Origin: a bacterium
Lineage (GTDB): Bacteria > Patescibacteriota > JABMPQ01 > JBDRIV01
DNA length: 64,000 bases
Reading direction: 5' to 3'
Assembly: GCA_043815505.1 (NCBI GenBank)
Contig: JBDRIV010000004.1
Location: forward strand, 113,671-177,670
Made by a program: the position numbers and the translations under genes. The notes under the pieces are model-generated. The model saw only the letters and a program-made list of their open reading frames with translations, ran no database searches and was not told the origin of the DNA. This document shows, piece by piece, positions 53,076-61,960 of the stretch. How positions within the stretch are numbered: position 1 is the first letter of the stretch; every line of letters starts with the position of its first letter.

Positions 53076-53795
53076 TTACATAACCATTTTTTCATTAATA
53101 TGCTTTATGTATTTTTGCAAAGCATTTTTGATTGCCTTATCACTAACTGTATCGCGAATAGGATCAATTATTACTTCCGAAGCAATAGTTTTAACGGCCG
53201 TTGCTTGTTTACTTAAATCAGAATAATTTTCCATTAACAAAGTAGCATAACCCAATTGTTTTTTTCCCACCACCGCTTTAATGTGAATGACGTCCTGACA
53301 AGGATAATTGGCCACCACAATTATTTCCCTTTTTTCTTCGTCTTCAAATTTCATACCTTGATCAATGGCATAACGAAAAGAAGGATCGTGATCGTGTTGA
53401 GCAATTTCAAAAGCCAGTGTGTCCATACCAAAAAGAATTTCTTGTTGTTTGGTTATCTCATCAGCGCGAGTTGAACCGTGGGCCGAAGCATAAGGTTGCT
53501 TAAATTTTTGGGAGAATTCTTTTACTTCACGTTTAATTGCATCTTCATCGTTTTCTTTATCTTTACCATAAACAAAAATATAGCGACGTCGATTCATATC
53601 ATAATAAACAAAAGGGTTGAGATTTAGAACAAATGATTTCTTACAATGTGGGCAATCGGCCTGATTCATTCTTTCCAACACAATTTCTTTTTTTAAATCT
53701 GCGTCCATAGACACATTTACCGACGCATAGTAGTCGGTAAGAAATTTTTTTCCGCAATAAATGCATTCGACTTTTTCACCAAGGCGCCTAGTCAT
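53076..53795 (-). CDS. CpXC-domain zinc-ribbon protein
   Basis: CIYCG...CPHCK...PFVYYD. Confidence 0.75.
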   Translation of the reverse strand: MTRRLGEKVECIYCGKKFLTDYYASVNVSMDADLKKEIVLERMNQADCPHCKKSFVLNLNPFVYYDMNRRRYIFVYGKDKENDEDAIKREVKEFSQKFKQPYASAHGSTRADEITKQQEILFGMDTLAFEIAQHDHDPSFRYAIDQGMKFEDEEKREIIVVANYPCQDVIHIKAVVGKKQLGYATLLMENYSDLSKQATAVKTIASEVIIDPIRDTVSDKAIKNALQKYIKHINEKMVM

Positions 53796-54717
53796 TTTTG
53801 TTATTTATGGTTGTAATCAAATTTTTAAAAGCAATCGATTCCTGCATCATACTGGTTGCATCTTCATTTAAATCCTGCAAATAGTTTATAATTTGTTTGT
53901 ATTCTTCTCTGTCCAATTCATTTTCTGATTCTTGTAATTCTTTGGCGCGAGCAATGACTTCTTGCATTAAATTTAAATGCTCCGACATTTTTTCAACAGC
54001 TTCATTAACTTTGTCTAAATCTGAACTTTCTTCATCCAATTCTTCAGAGATTGTCATGGCAGCAATATGCGTTTCCTGCATTTTTTCAATTAAATCTTCA
54101 CCTTGAGAAATTATAGTCTTGGCCTGTTCCTCATAAGTACCAGACATACTAGCTACAATTTCGGGATCTTTTTCCTCAATTGCCATTCGACTTTCTTCTG
54201 CATCAATGAAGGATGAATAATTATCAATTTCACTTGGCCAAGTATAAGAACTATTATAAAGATCTAAATTCTTTTGCGATATTTTATTGGTAGCAATTTT
54301 GGTTACTGACGATTCCTTGGTTTCTGTTTCTTTGTTATTTTCTTCTTCTTTGGGCATACTTGGGGTTGTGGTTTTTGTTTCCGGTTCTTTGACAATTTGA
54401 ACATCAGAATTATTAAATCTATAAACGGCAATGACAGCCACTATAAGAATTGCCAATACAGCTAAAACAGCTGTGTAGCGCCATAAATATCCAACCACAG
54501 AAACTTCTTCTTCAACCTTGCCTTCTTTTTTACTGACAAGAACAGCTTTAATTTCATTAACTTTAACCGGATTAATTTCTTTATCCGCTTCGTTTAACTG
54601 CCTAGCCAGTAGAGTTAATTCTCTTGTCTTTTTGTCCATCTTTAAACTGGATGGCTTTTCTCCTTTAGCCAAGCTTTCTAAATATTTATCTAAATTTTCT
54701 ACCTGTTTATTCTTCAT
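53788..54717 (-). CDS. putative anti-sigma factor (single TM); probable start 54717
   Basis: Overlaps ECF stop; cytoplasmic N-terminus, TM, acidic helical C-terminus. Confidence 0.6.
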   Translation of the reverse strand: MKNKQVENLDKYLESLAKGEKPSSLKMDKKTRELTLLARQLNEADKEINPVKVNEIKAVLVSKKEGKVEEEVSVVGYLWRYTAVLAVLAILIVAVIAVYRFNNSDVQIVKEPETKTTTPSMPKEEENNKETETKESSVTKIATNKISQKNLDLYNSSYTWPSEIDNYSSFIDAEESRMAIEEKDPEIVASMSGTYEEQAKTIISQGEDLIEKMQETHIAAMTISEELDEESSDLDKVNEAVEKMSEHLNLMQEVIARAKELQESENELDREEYKQIINYLQDLNEDATSMMQESIAFKNLITTINNKND

Positions 54718-55276
54718 TGCTTGTAAATTTATCTCTAACTTTTTGTAAGGCGCGGTATTGTCTAACTTTAACATTATTAACAGTAATACTCATTTCTTCA
54801 GCAATTTCAGCTGTAGAATATCCTTTTAAAAACCTTAATTCTAGGACTTGTTTGTATTTGTCGGGAAGTATTTTTAATAACTTCTTCACTTTGGCCTCCT
54901 TCATATTTAACTCAGCCTCAATTTCTGCTTCATCTTCAAAATTTTTAGGATCTTCACCCGCACAGAATTCTAATAGCGGTAATGAACCTTTTTTATAATG
55001 CCAGCGCCAAGAATCCATTACGGTTACATAAGCGATGTGATATAACCAAGTTTTAAAAGACGACCGAAACTCAAATCTTTTAATTGATTTCATTACTTTA
55101 ATGAAAGTTTCCTGCAAAACATCTTCTGCTTCTTCGCGTGAACCTAAGCGAGAATATAAATAACGGTATAATTTCTCATAATGTAAATCAAATAAAACAG
55201 ACAGCGCATCGGTATCGCCAGATTGCGCTTTTTTTGCCAATTCTTCTTCTGATAAATTACTATCTTTCGTGTTCAT
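54707..55276 (-). CDS. ECF RNA polymerase sigma factor
   Basis: AEDVLQETF, FKTWLYHIA, EIAEEM...NVKVRQYRA. Confidence 0.93.
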   Translation of the reverse strand: MNTKDSNLSEEELAKKAQSGDTDALSVLFDLHYEKLYRYLYSRLGSREEAEDVLQETFIKVMKSIKRFEFRSSFKTWLYHIAYVTVMDSWRWHYKKGSLPLLEFCAGEDPKNFEDEAEIEAELNMKEAKVKKLLKILPDKYKQVLELRFLKGYSTAEIAEEMSITVNNVKVRQYRALQKVRDKFTSNEE

Positions 55277-55338
55277 AAAGTAGTCGCTATCCTGTTACAA
55301 TATTGAAAATCTATTATAACATTTTGTTGTGAATTTCA

Positions 55339-55449
55339 AAAATGACCAGCTCCAGTTTTTTTAGCATTAGAAATTGACAGATTTAACATATTATTTTGAT
55401 TTATCAATAATAACTGTTAGAAACTGAAAAAACTGGGGCTGATCATTTT
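55339..55449. repeat. CCAGCYCCAGTTTT-TIR element (core ~98 bp)
   Basis: aaaatgaccagctccagtttttt / aaaaaactggggctgatcatttt. Confidence 0.7.
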
Positions 55450-55577
55450 TTAATATCACGATATTTTTTATCTTCTTTGCTCTCACTTCTTCTTTCATAG
55501 ATTTTCATAAACACCGCCCCTACAACTGCCAAAGCAATCAGAATTTCTATACCTAAAATTATGTATCCAAGTATCAT
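55443..55577 (-). CDS. 44-aa single-TM protein
   Basis: TAATG overlap with the YbjQ gene; MILGYIILGIEILIALAVVGAVF plus charged tail. Confidence 0.6.
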   Translation of the reverse strand: MILGYIILGIEILIALAVVGAVFMKIYERRSESKEDKKYRDIKK

Positions 55578-55897
55578 TATTTTTTAGCTAATTTTACAGC
55601 GGTACCATAAGCCAATAATTCTGCAGCTCCCTGGGTAATAGTTGAAGTTGTAAATCTAACATTTACTATGCCGTCGGCGCCTTTGCTTTTAGCATCTTCT
55701 AGCATACGATCGTAAGCTTGTTCGCGCGCTTCGGCCATAAGTTTGGTATATTCGTGAACTTCGCCACCAACAATGTTTTTAGCAAAAGCCATAATGTCGC
55801 GACCAACATTGCGAGCTCGAATGGTATTGCCACGTACAATTCCTAAGGATTCGGTTATAGTTTCTCCAACAATGGTTTCGGTGTTTGATACTTTCAT
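55577..55897 (-). CDS. YbjQ/UPF0145 family protein
   Basis: GRDIMA..KNIVGGE, GADGIVNVRF, LAYGTAV. Confidence 0.93.
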   Translation of the reverse strand: MKVSNTETIVGETITESLGIVRGNTIRARNVGRDIMAFAKNIVGGEVHEYTKLMAEAREQAYDRMLEDAKSKGADGIVNVRFTTSTITQGAAELLAYGTAVKLAKK

Positions 55898-55910
55898 AGT
55901 TTTTTGTTAA

Positions 55911-57146
55911 TTATCCAAACATTAACATTTCGGGACGAAAGATTAGTAACAGTCCCACTATTAACATTATAATTCCACCAATCAAATTTGAAAAGCGCGC
56001 ATATTTGGTGTTCATGGTTACAGATTTTAGTGATGTCATAGCAATTCCAAAAACAATAATATCATCAAGCATGAAGAAGAAAATATATCCTAATAAATAT
56101 AAATAATATTGGAATGTTGAGAGATTAGACAAGGCCAATACTCCTGTAAATACTACCGGCAGACCAGCTGAACAAACAAGCTCTACCATATTTACAGCGG
56201 CTGCTAAAACAATTATGCCACCAATGGCCAACCAAAACTTTTTTTCTTGGGTAGCTTCTTTTAGTCGAGCAAAAGTTTTCTGACGCTTATCGCTGGCCGT
56301 CACTTTACAAGTGCCGTCTTTATTTTTTCTATATTCACGTAAATTAAATATTCCACCGCCCAAAGAAACTAAACCAATAACAAACCTTACCCAAAATACG
56401 AAACCGAGCAGAATTAACACATTTAGCCAAGCCGCCATAAAAATAAAATATACAGTACCGGAAGCAACAATAAAAGTAATTCCTAAAATCCACATACGCG
56501 TGCGATTCTTCATGCCTAGTAGCAAACTGATTAGGAACAATAGTACCCACATGGCGCAAGGATTGAAACCATCAATTAATCCTATAACAATTGTAAAAAC
56601 TGGCAAAGATAAAGACGAGGTATTAATTTCACCAAAAACTGGAATTTTAATTGATTCTGGGATAGCAGATTCGTCAGATTTTTTTATTTCTTCGGTGTTA
56701 CTTAACGTGGCGGTACTTTTAGCCTCGCTATCAGCTAAAACATCTGTACACTCATTTTCAGTACAATATTGAAACGCATTCTCTATTTGAACGCCAGTAA
56801 CTTTATCACTCAAATAGCCAACTATACCTTCCGAGCCAATTACCGTTAGAGGAACACCATTAACAGTTTTTCCTAATTTGTCAGCCACTTCTCGCATAAG
56901 AGCAGCGTTGTCAGTATCATACCAAACCTCGTAACGATCAATTTTCAAATTGTCATAGCGGTTTTCTAAATCAGCTAAAAAGACTTCTTCATCGGCACAA
57001 TGCGGACAACCGTCGCCATAGAAAAAATAAATGGTTACTTCATTGCTCTCGGCTTCTACTGAATGATTAAAAAATGTAAAACCACCCAAAATGAGAGCTA
57101 TAAAAAATAGTGTTGCTACACTAAATATTTTTAGTGAATTTTTCAT
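55911..57146 (-). CDS. glutaredoxin-like domain fused to CcdA/DsbD-like membrane domain
   Basis: GCPHC, DGFNPCA, ELVCSAG. Confidence 0.85.
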   Translation of the reverse strand: MKNSLKIFSVATLFFIALILGGFTFFNHSVEAESNEVTIYFFYGDGCPHCADEEVFLADLENRYDNLKIDRYEVWYDTDNAALMREVADKLGKTVNGVPLTVIGSEGIVGYLSDKVTGVQIENAFQYCTENECTDVLADSEAKSTATLSNTEEIKKSDESAIPESIKIPVFGEINTSSLSLPVFTIVIGLIDGFNPCAMWVLLFLISLLLGMKNRTRMWILGITFIVASGTVYFIFMAAWLNVLILLGFVFWVRFVIGLVSLGGGIFNLREYRKNKDGTCKVTASDKRQKTFARLKEATQEKKFWLAIGGIIVLAAAVNMVELVCSAGLPVVFTGVLALSNLSTFQYYLYLLGYIFFFMLDDIIVFGIAMTSLKSVTMNTKYARFSNLIGGIIMLIVGLLLIFRPEMLMFG

Positions 57147-57160
57147 TAGATTTTGATTTT

Positions 57161-57769
57161 CTAGATTTTTAATTCTTTAGCACTAGCTATAATATCATCT
57201 GGCACTCCGATGTCAATCACCTTGGCCCCAGGAATTTTGGCAAAACCCAAACAATAAATTTCGTCAGCATCAAAATCTGGTGCAGGAATATCAATTGCGA
57301 TTCTTGTGGTCGGCATTTTATTAAGTTTGTCAATAATGTTTTTCTTTTCTTCTGACAAATCACCTTTTAAACCTGAACCAACAATTCCTTCAATTACTAA
57401 ATCATAATCTCCTTTAATTGAATCGGCAGTGGCATTTTCGGTCAAAGATAGTTTGGAGGAATCATAATTCCAGTTGTTGCCTGTAATGAAGGACATAAAA
57501 ACAGAATTGTCATCAAGTAAATAAAGATGCACGTCGTTGTTAACAGCGAGAATTAAAGCTGCCAACATGCCATCTCCTCCATTGTTTCCGCTCCCGCAAA
57601 CAAAAGCGATTTTTTTACCGCTTCCATACGCGCTCGTAATTAAATCGGCAATACCTTGACCAGCTTTTGCCATCATGTCTTTAATCTGAATCCCTCTTTG
57701 TAAGGCATTGTCATCCATGAACTTTGTTTGAGCGCTAATTAATTTTCTTTGCTCAAAATCTATTTTCAT
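57161..57769 (-). CDS. nnrE: NAD(P)HX epimerase (YjeF N-terminal domain)
   Basis: CGSGNNGGDG, G.GLKG, AIDIP, IDIG. Confidence 0.85.
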   Translation of the reverse strand: MKIDFEQRKLISAQTKFMDDNALQRGIQIKDMMAKAGQGIADLITSAYGSGKKIAFVCGSGNNGGDGMLAALILAVNNDVHLYLLDDNSVFMSFITGNNWNYDSSKLSLTENATADSIKGDYDLVIEGIVGSGLKGDLSEEKKNIIDKLNKMPTTRIAIDIPAPDFDADEIYCLGFAKIPGAKVIDIGVPDDIIASAKELKI

Positions 57770-57779
57770 GGTAAAAAGT

Positions 57780-57920
57780 TTAATTTATATAGGCGTTGCC
57801 AATGTTCACTACCACTACAAAACCCATAACAATCATAAATAAAACCAGCACTAAAATCCAGATGCTGGCGTGTTGATGACCGTCGTTAGATGATTTCTTT
57901 TTATCATCGGCCATAGTCAT
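57780..57920 (-). CDS. 46-aa single-TM protein
   Basis: MTMADDKKKSSNDGHQHASIWILVLVLFMIVMGFVVVVNIG. Confidence 0.55.
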   Translation of the reverse strand: MTMADDKKKSSNDGHQHASIWILVLVLFMIVMGFVVVVNIGNAYIN

Positions 57921-57969
57921 ATGTTAATAATATGCTTTTATTATAAAACATTTAAGGAAGATTGTAAAA

Positions 57970-58896
57970 TTACTTTTTCACTTCAGCAAACAACCAATCT
58001 ACAAAGCGCTCTACAGCCGGTGCGGGACTGTGTGGAACAAGAGCTGGGCGCGTATTTACTTCAATAATATTATAACTTTTCATATTTTTAGGAATAATCA
58101 TGTCAATTCCCATGGTTGGTAGACCAAAAGCTCGCGAAATTTCCTCAGCAGTTTTTCTTAAAGTCTTCGGAAACTCGTTTGTAACATCAACCTTTTTTCC
58201 ACCGGTTGAAAGATTAGCTGTATCACGTACTCGAACAATTCTACCTTTTTGCAAAACAGAATCGAGCTTGCGTCCTTTTCTTTCTACAGCATGTTTTGTT
58301 GAACGATCCAAAGGAATTCTATATGGACAATCTCTATTTCTAAAATCTTCATTTCTTTTTTGAATCAACTCTTTGATTGTCTTTCTGCCGTCTCCTTTTA
58401 CTCTAGCTGGAATACGTTTTGCCGCAGCCACAAATTTATGTCCTATTACCAAGGCTCTGTAATCTGAGCCTCTAGCATATTCTTCAAGCAGAACTTTGTT
58501 TGAATATCTCATGGCTAAGCGGAAAGCGCTTGGATATTCTCTATTAGAAACTTTTATACTGATCCCCTCACCCTTTTGGCCATCAACTGGTTTAACAACT
58601 ATTTGCTTATACTTTTTTATAAACCATAAGCCATCTTTGTTTCTGCAAACACAAATTTGATCAGGAACTTTAAAATTTCTTTCTGCTAAGTACTCTCTAG
58701 TTAAATGTTTATCTCGACAAATTTTGGCAGTAGCACCCCCAGTAGCATCAGTAATAGAAGTCCAGAGTCTGATTTTTTTACCGTTAAAACTCATTTCAAA
58801 GATGCTGTATTCAGGATCAATTACTTTTATGCTAGCACCACGTCGCTCTGCTTCTTCTGCTACGCGCTTAGCATCTATATCCTTTAAATTGATCAT
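57970..58896 (-). CDS. ATP-grasp protein resembling the cyanophycin synthetase N-terminal ligase domain
   Basis: VVKPVDG..GEGI, DYR.LV, ANLSTGG, IIEVNTRP. Confidence 0.85.
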   Translation of the reverse strand: MINLKDIDAKRVAEEAERRGASIKVIDPEYSIFEMSFNGKKIRLWTSITDATGGATAKICRDKHLTREYLAERNFKVPDQICVCRNKDGLWFIKKYKQIVVKPVDGQKGEGISIKVSNREYPSAFRLAMRYSNKVLLEEYARGSDYRALVIGHKFVAAAKRIPARVKGDGRKTIKELIQKRNEDFRNRDCPYRIPLDRSTKHAVERKGRKLDSVLQKGRIVRVRDTANLSTGGKKVDVTNEFPKTLRKTAEEISRAFGLPTMGIDMIIPKNMKSYNIIEVNTRPALVPHSPAPAVERFVDWLFAEVKK

Positions 58897-59076
58897 AAAT
58901 TTAAACTAAAAAAACACTCAAACTAAAATGTTAGTAAGTGTTGTTATTAACTTGTGGCTTCTCTTTCTGGTAGTGGAAAGCATTAAGCCTATTTAATATG
59001 AGGTAATAATATCAATAAATAAAATTATTGCAAATATGAACAAAATAAAGCGAGGGCAAATTTCTGCACTCGCTAT

Positions 59077-59340
59077 TCAAAACGATTCCCACTGATTTTT
59101 TATGCTGGGTTTTTTAATGAGGATGCACCAGGGCGGAACACTTATAATTTTTGAACGCAGGAGACCATCGGTGGCAACATCTACATCTACAATGACCAGC
59201 AACTGGCTGATAGAGTTTACTTTGCCACTAAAAGTAATCAGCTCAAGTCCCTTCATCCCATCAATAGCATATAGAACGTCTACCTCTTGTTGGGGTTGAA
59301 TGATGTCGCCGCGCAAATTCATAAGTCGTGGAGATGCCAT
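59077..59340 (-). CDS. 87-aa hypothetical protein
   Basis: AGGAGG SD; hairpin terminator 59048-59075. Confidence 0.65.
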   Translation of the reverse strand: MASPRLMNLRGDIIQPQQEVDVLYAIDGMKGLELITFSGKVNSISQLLVIVDVDVATDGLLRSKIISVPPWCILIKKPSIKNQWESF

Positions 59341-59499
59341 AATTAACCTCCTTTAAAACGGTTTTAAATCAACAAGACCTTTTTTACCTCTATTTTTCGT
59401 TTTGTTTTTGTTTTAAAGAGATCTTTTATTTCTACTATTATTTTACTATTTTAGCTAATATTGAAAAGGTTTATTTGCATGATTTTGTCATACTATTTA

Positions 59500-59525
59500 A
59501 AAAATCCCGCATTGCGGGATTTTTT
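59500..59525 (-). terminator. intrinsic terminator
   Basis: aaaaatcccgc-att-gcgggatttt. Confidence 0.7.
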
Positions 59526-59547
59526 GTCATACTTTTTCTTATCTTAT

Positions 59548-59862
59548 TTAGGCTAAAACCGCTAAAATTATTAGTGTAATTAATGTGATCAAAAATAGCC
59601 AGCCAATTGTGTATAACAAAAATTGCACGCCTTCTTTTTTCTGTCCTTCCATATATAAATAAACTGGACGGAAAACAACTAAAGAACCAGTAATGGCGGC
59701 CGAAACTGTGAAAATCATAACCATAATCATAAATCCCCAACTGTCATCTATTTTACCCATCACACTTTCCATCGAAAACATAATTTGTGCAATCAGAAAA
59801 ATGTATAGAGCAACGCCAAGAGCGTGCAATAAACTTTGTCCAGTGATTTTTTGAATTGTCAT
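59548..59862 (-). CDS. 3-TM membrane protein
   Basis: SAAITGSLV..RP.YLY..G.KKEG. Confidence 0.8.
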   Translation of the reverse strand: MTIQKITGQSLLHALGVALYIFLIAQIMFSMESVMGKIDDSWGFMIMVMIFTVSAAITGSLVVFRPVYLYMEGQKKEGVQFLLYTIGWLFLITLITLIILAVLA

Positions 59863-59875
59863 TGTATTTTGTTAA

Positions 59876-60733
59876 TTATGGTAAATGTAATGTTTCTCCG
59901 CGAGGAAAATGTTTATTTAAATCATCAATATCGATATCATCCAATTTCCATTCCAAAGCTCCTAAATTTTCTTGAAGATGATCAATGTTTGAAGTTTTTA
60001 CAAGAGTCACAATATTTGGTTTGCTTAACAACCAATTGATGGCTATTTGCGATGGCGGTTTTTGATATTTATCAGCCAACCTTCTTAAAATGTCATTATT
60101 TCCCGTTGCAAATACTCCTTTATCTAAAGGTCGGTAGGCAGTTACCAAAATATTATTCTTTTGACAATATTCTATGGTGCCATTTGTTTCGTAATCGCGT
60201 GCTGACAAGTTGTAATGTATTTGATTATTTACAATTTTATATTTCGTAAGAGAAGCTGCTTCTTCAACTAAAGGAACATCAAAATTACTCACCCCAATAT
60301 TCTTTGTTAATTCATGTTCCAACAAATAATCCATGGCCGGCATAGTTTTTTTCAGAGGCACATCCAAACTTGACCAATGAATTAAATATAAATCAACATG
60401 ATCTAGCCCGAGTCTTTTTAAGCTAGCTTTCATTGATCTCTTCAGATCAAAGGGTTTTAGATTTTCACCTTTTACTTTAGTTGTAATAAATAATTTCTCT
60501 CGCGGTACATCTTTTATCGCCTCGTGAACTAATTCTTCCGCGTGACCAGCCGCATAAACTTCGGCGGTATCAATATGAGTTACACCCAGTTCTATAGCTT
60601 TTTTAATAGCTTTAATGTCTTTAGTATCATCGTTGTTAGGATCCCTTTCTCTTTCTCCACCCATTTTCCATGTTCCTAAACCAAAAACTGGTAGGGAAAA
60701 TTCACCGGCGGTTTTTGTAGAAATACTATACAT
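59876..60733 (-). CDS. aldo/keto reductase
   Basis: GLGTW, IDTAEVY, DLYLIHW, IGVSNF. Confidence 0.95.
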   Translation of the reverse strand: MYSISTKTAGEFSLPVFGLGTWKMGGERERDPNNDDTKDIKAIKKAIELGVTHIDTAEVYAAGHAEELVHEAIKDVPREKLFITTKVKGENLKPFDLKRSMKASLKRLGLDHVDLYLIHWSSLDVPLKKTMPAMDYLLEHELTKNIGVSNFDVPLVEEAASLTKYKIVNNQIHYNLSARDYETNGTIEYCQKNNILVTAYRPLDKGVFATGNNDILRRLADKYQKPPSQIAINWLLSKPNIVTLVKTSNIDHLQENLGALEWKLDDIDIDDLNKHFPRGETLHLP

Positions 60734-61080
60734 ATTACTTGCTTAGAGTTTTATTATGTTAATTTTAACAACAAAAATGGTGATTGTAAATTATTTTGAG
60801 CATGAAAAAGCGGGCCCAGAAATTTTTGAGTCCGCTTGTGGAGTTTTTGCAATTACTATTTCGGAGCCATCGAAATAATGCAGATACCATGCTCTTGATT
60901 TAGAAACCATAATTAACCTCTAAAAATATTATCGATTTCAATGAGCGACGGTCAGTCACAATAGTGGATAACTTTGAAAACGGCCAAATCACAAAGATCG
61001 AATAAGGAAGTTCTATCACTGCCATCCAATCCGATGTTCGTTTCTATTTTGTGGCAGCTTCATACATCACAATCTCCTTT

Positions 61081-61218
61081 TTAATTTATAAAAATTTCCC
61101 ATAACCATTTTTTAACATATGGCCATATGAAGGTGAAAAAAATGTAAGCTACAAAAACAAAATTCAATCCGAGTACCAAAATTCTATCATACCGAATTTT
61201 AATTTTCCCCTTATTCAT
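61081..61218 (-). CDS. 45-aa single-TM protein
   Basis: GGAGG SD; MNKGKIKIRYDRILVLGLNFVFVAYIFFTFIWPY. Confidence 0.55.
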   Translation of the reverse strand: MNKGKIKIRYDRILVLGLNFVFVAYIFFTFIWPYVKKWLWEIFIN

Positions 61219-61327
61219 AGCAACCTCCCATTTTTTTTGTGAAAGTTCATCGAACGCAGAAAACTAATAAGTATATGTTATTGAGTGATTTTTGTCAACT
61301 CAAAAATGCTTACATAAATTATTTCAT

Positions 61328-61409
61328 ATTCTCATGTTCTTAAGAATTTGAGAATGGGTTTTTTTAAGAATTTGTTAACATTCCAACATTCTTGAGAATG
61401 TTGGAATGT
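61328..61409. repeat. palindrome pair, second copy of 35560-35621
   Basis: acattccaacattct-tg-agaatgttggaatgt. Confidence 0.7.
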
Positions 61410-61410
61410 C

Positions 61411-61956
61411 TTAGAAGCCGAGTTCTTGGGAAATTTCTTGCATGGCTTCAATTATCATCATAATATGCTCATTTTCATCCGCTCCCAGCTCTTCTATTCC
61501 TTGTTTGATTATACTGCGGTCAACTTTAGCAGCAAACCCTTTTTTCTTCAAATTCTTTTTTACAGATTTTGGTTTCATTCCCTCTAAATTTGTTGGTCGT
61601 ACATAAGCGCAAGCGGTAATAAAACCAGCTAATTCGTCCACGGCATACAAACATTTCGCCAGTTGCGATTCACGAGAAATTCCTGTTTCGTCGTTGTGTC
61701 CTTGAATTGCCTCAATTATTTCTGCATCATATCCTTTTTCTTCTAGAATCTTTTTTCCTTCCTGCGGATGATTATCGGGATATTTTTCATAATCAAAATC
61801 GTGCAACAAACCTGTAACAGCGTATTTGGCTTCATCTTCATTATACTTTTTAGCACACGCAATCATCGCTGCCTCAACCGCCAAAGCATGTTTAATCAAC
61901 GAATCAGAATTCGTATATTCTTTTAGCAATTTGTAGGCATCTTCGCGATTTGGCAT
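61411..61956 (-). CDS. HD (HDIG) domain protein
   Basis: KHALAVE, GLLHDFDYE, AVDELAG. Confidence 0.9.
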   Translation of the reverse strand: MPNREDAYKLLKEYTNSDSLIKHALAVEAAMIACAKKYNEDEAKYAVTGLLHDFDYEKYPDNHPQEGKKILEEKGYDAEIIEAIQGHNDETGISRESQLAKCLYAVDELAGFITACAYVRPTNLEGMKPKSVKKNLKKKGFAAKVDRSIIKQGIEELGADENEHIMMIIEAMQEISQELGF

Positions 61957-61960
61957 TGAT

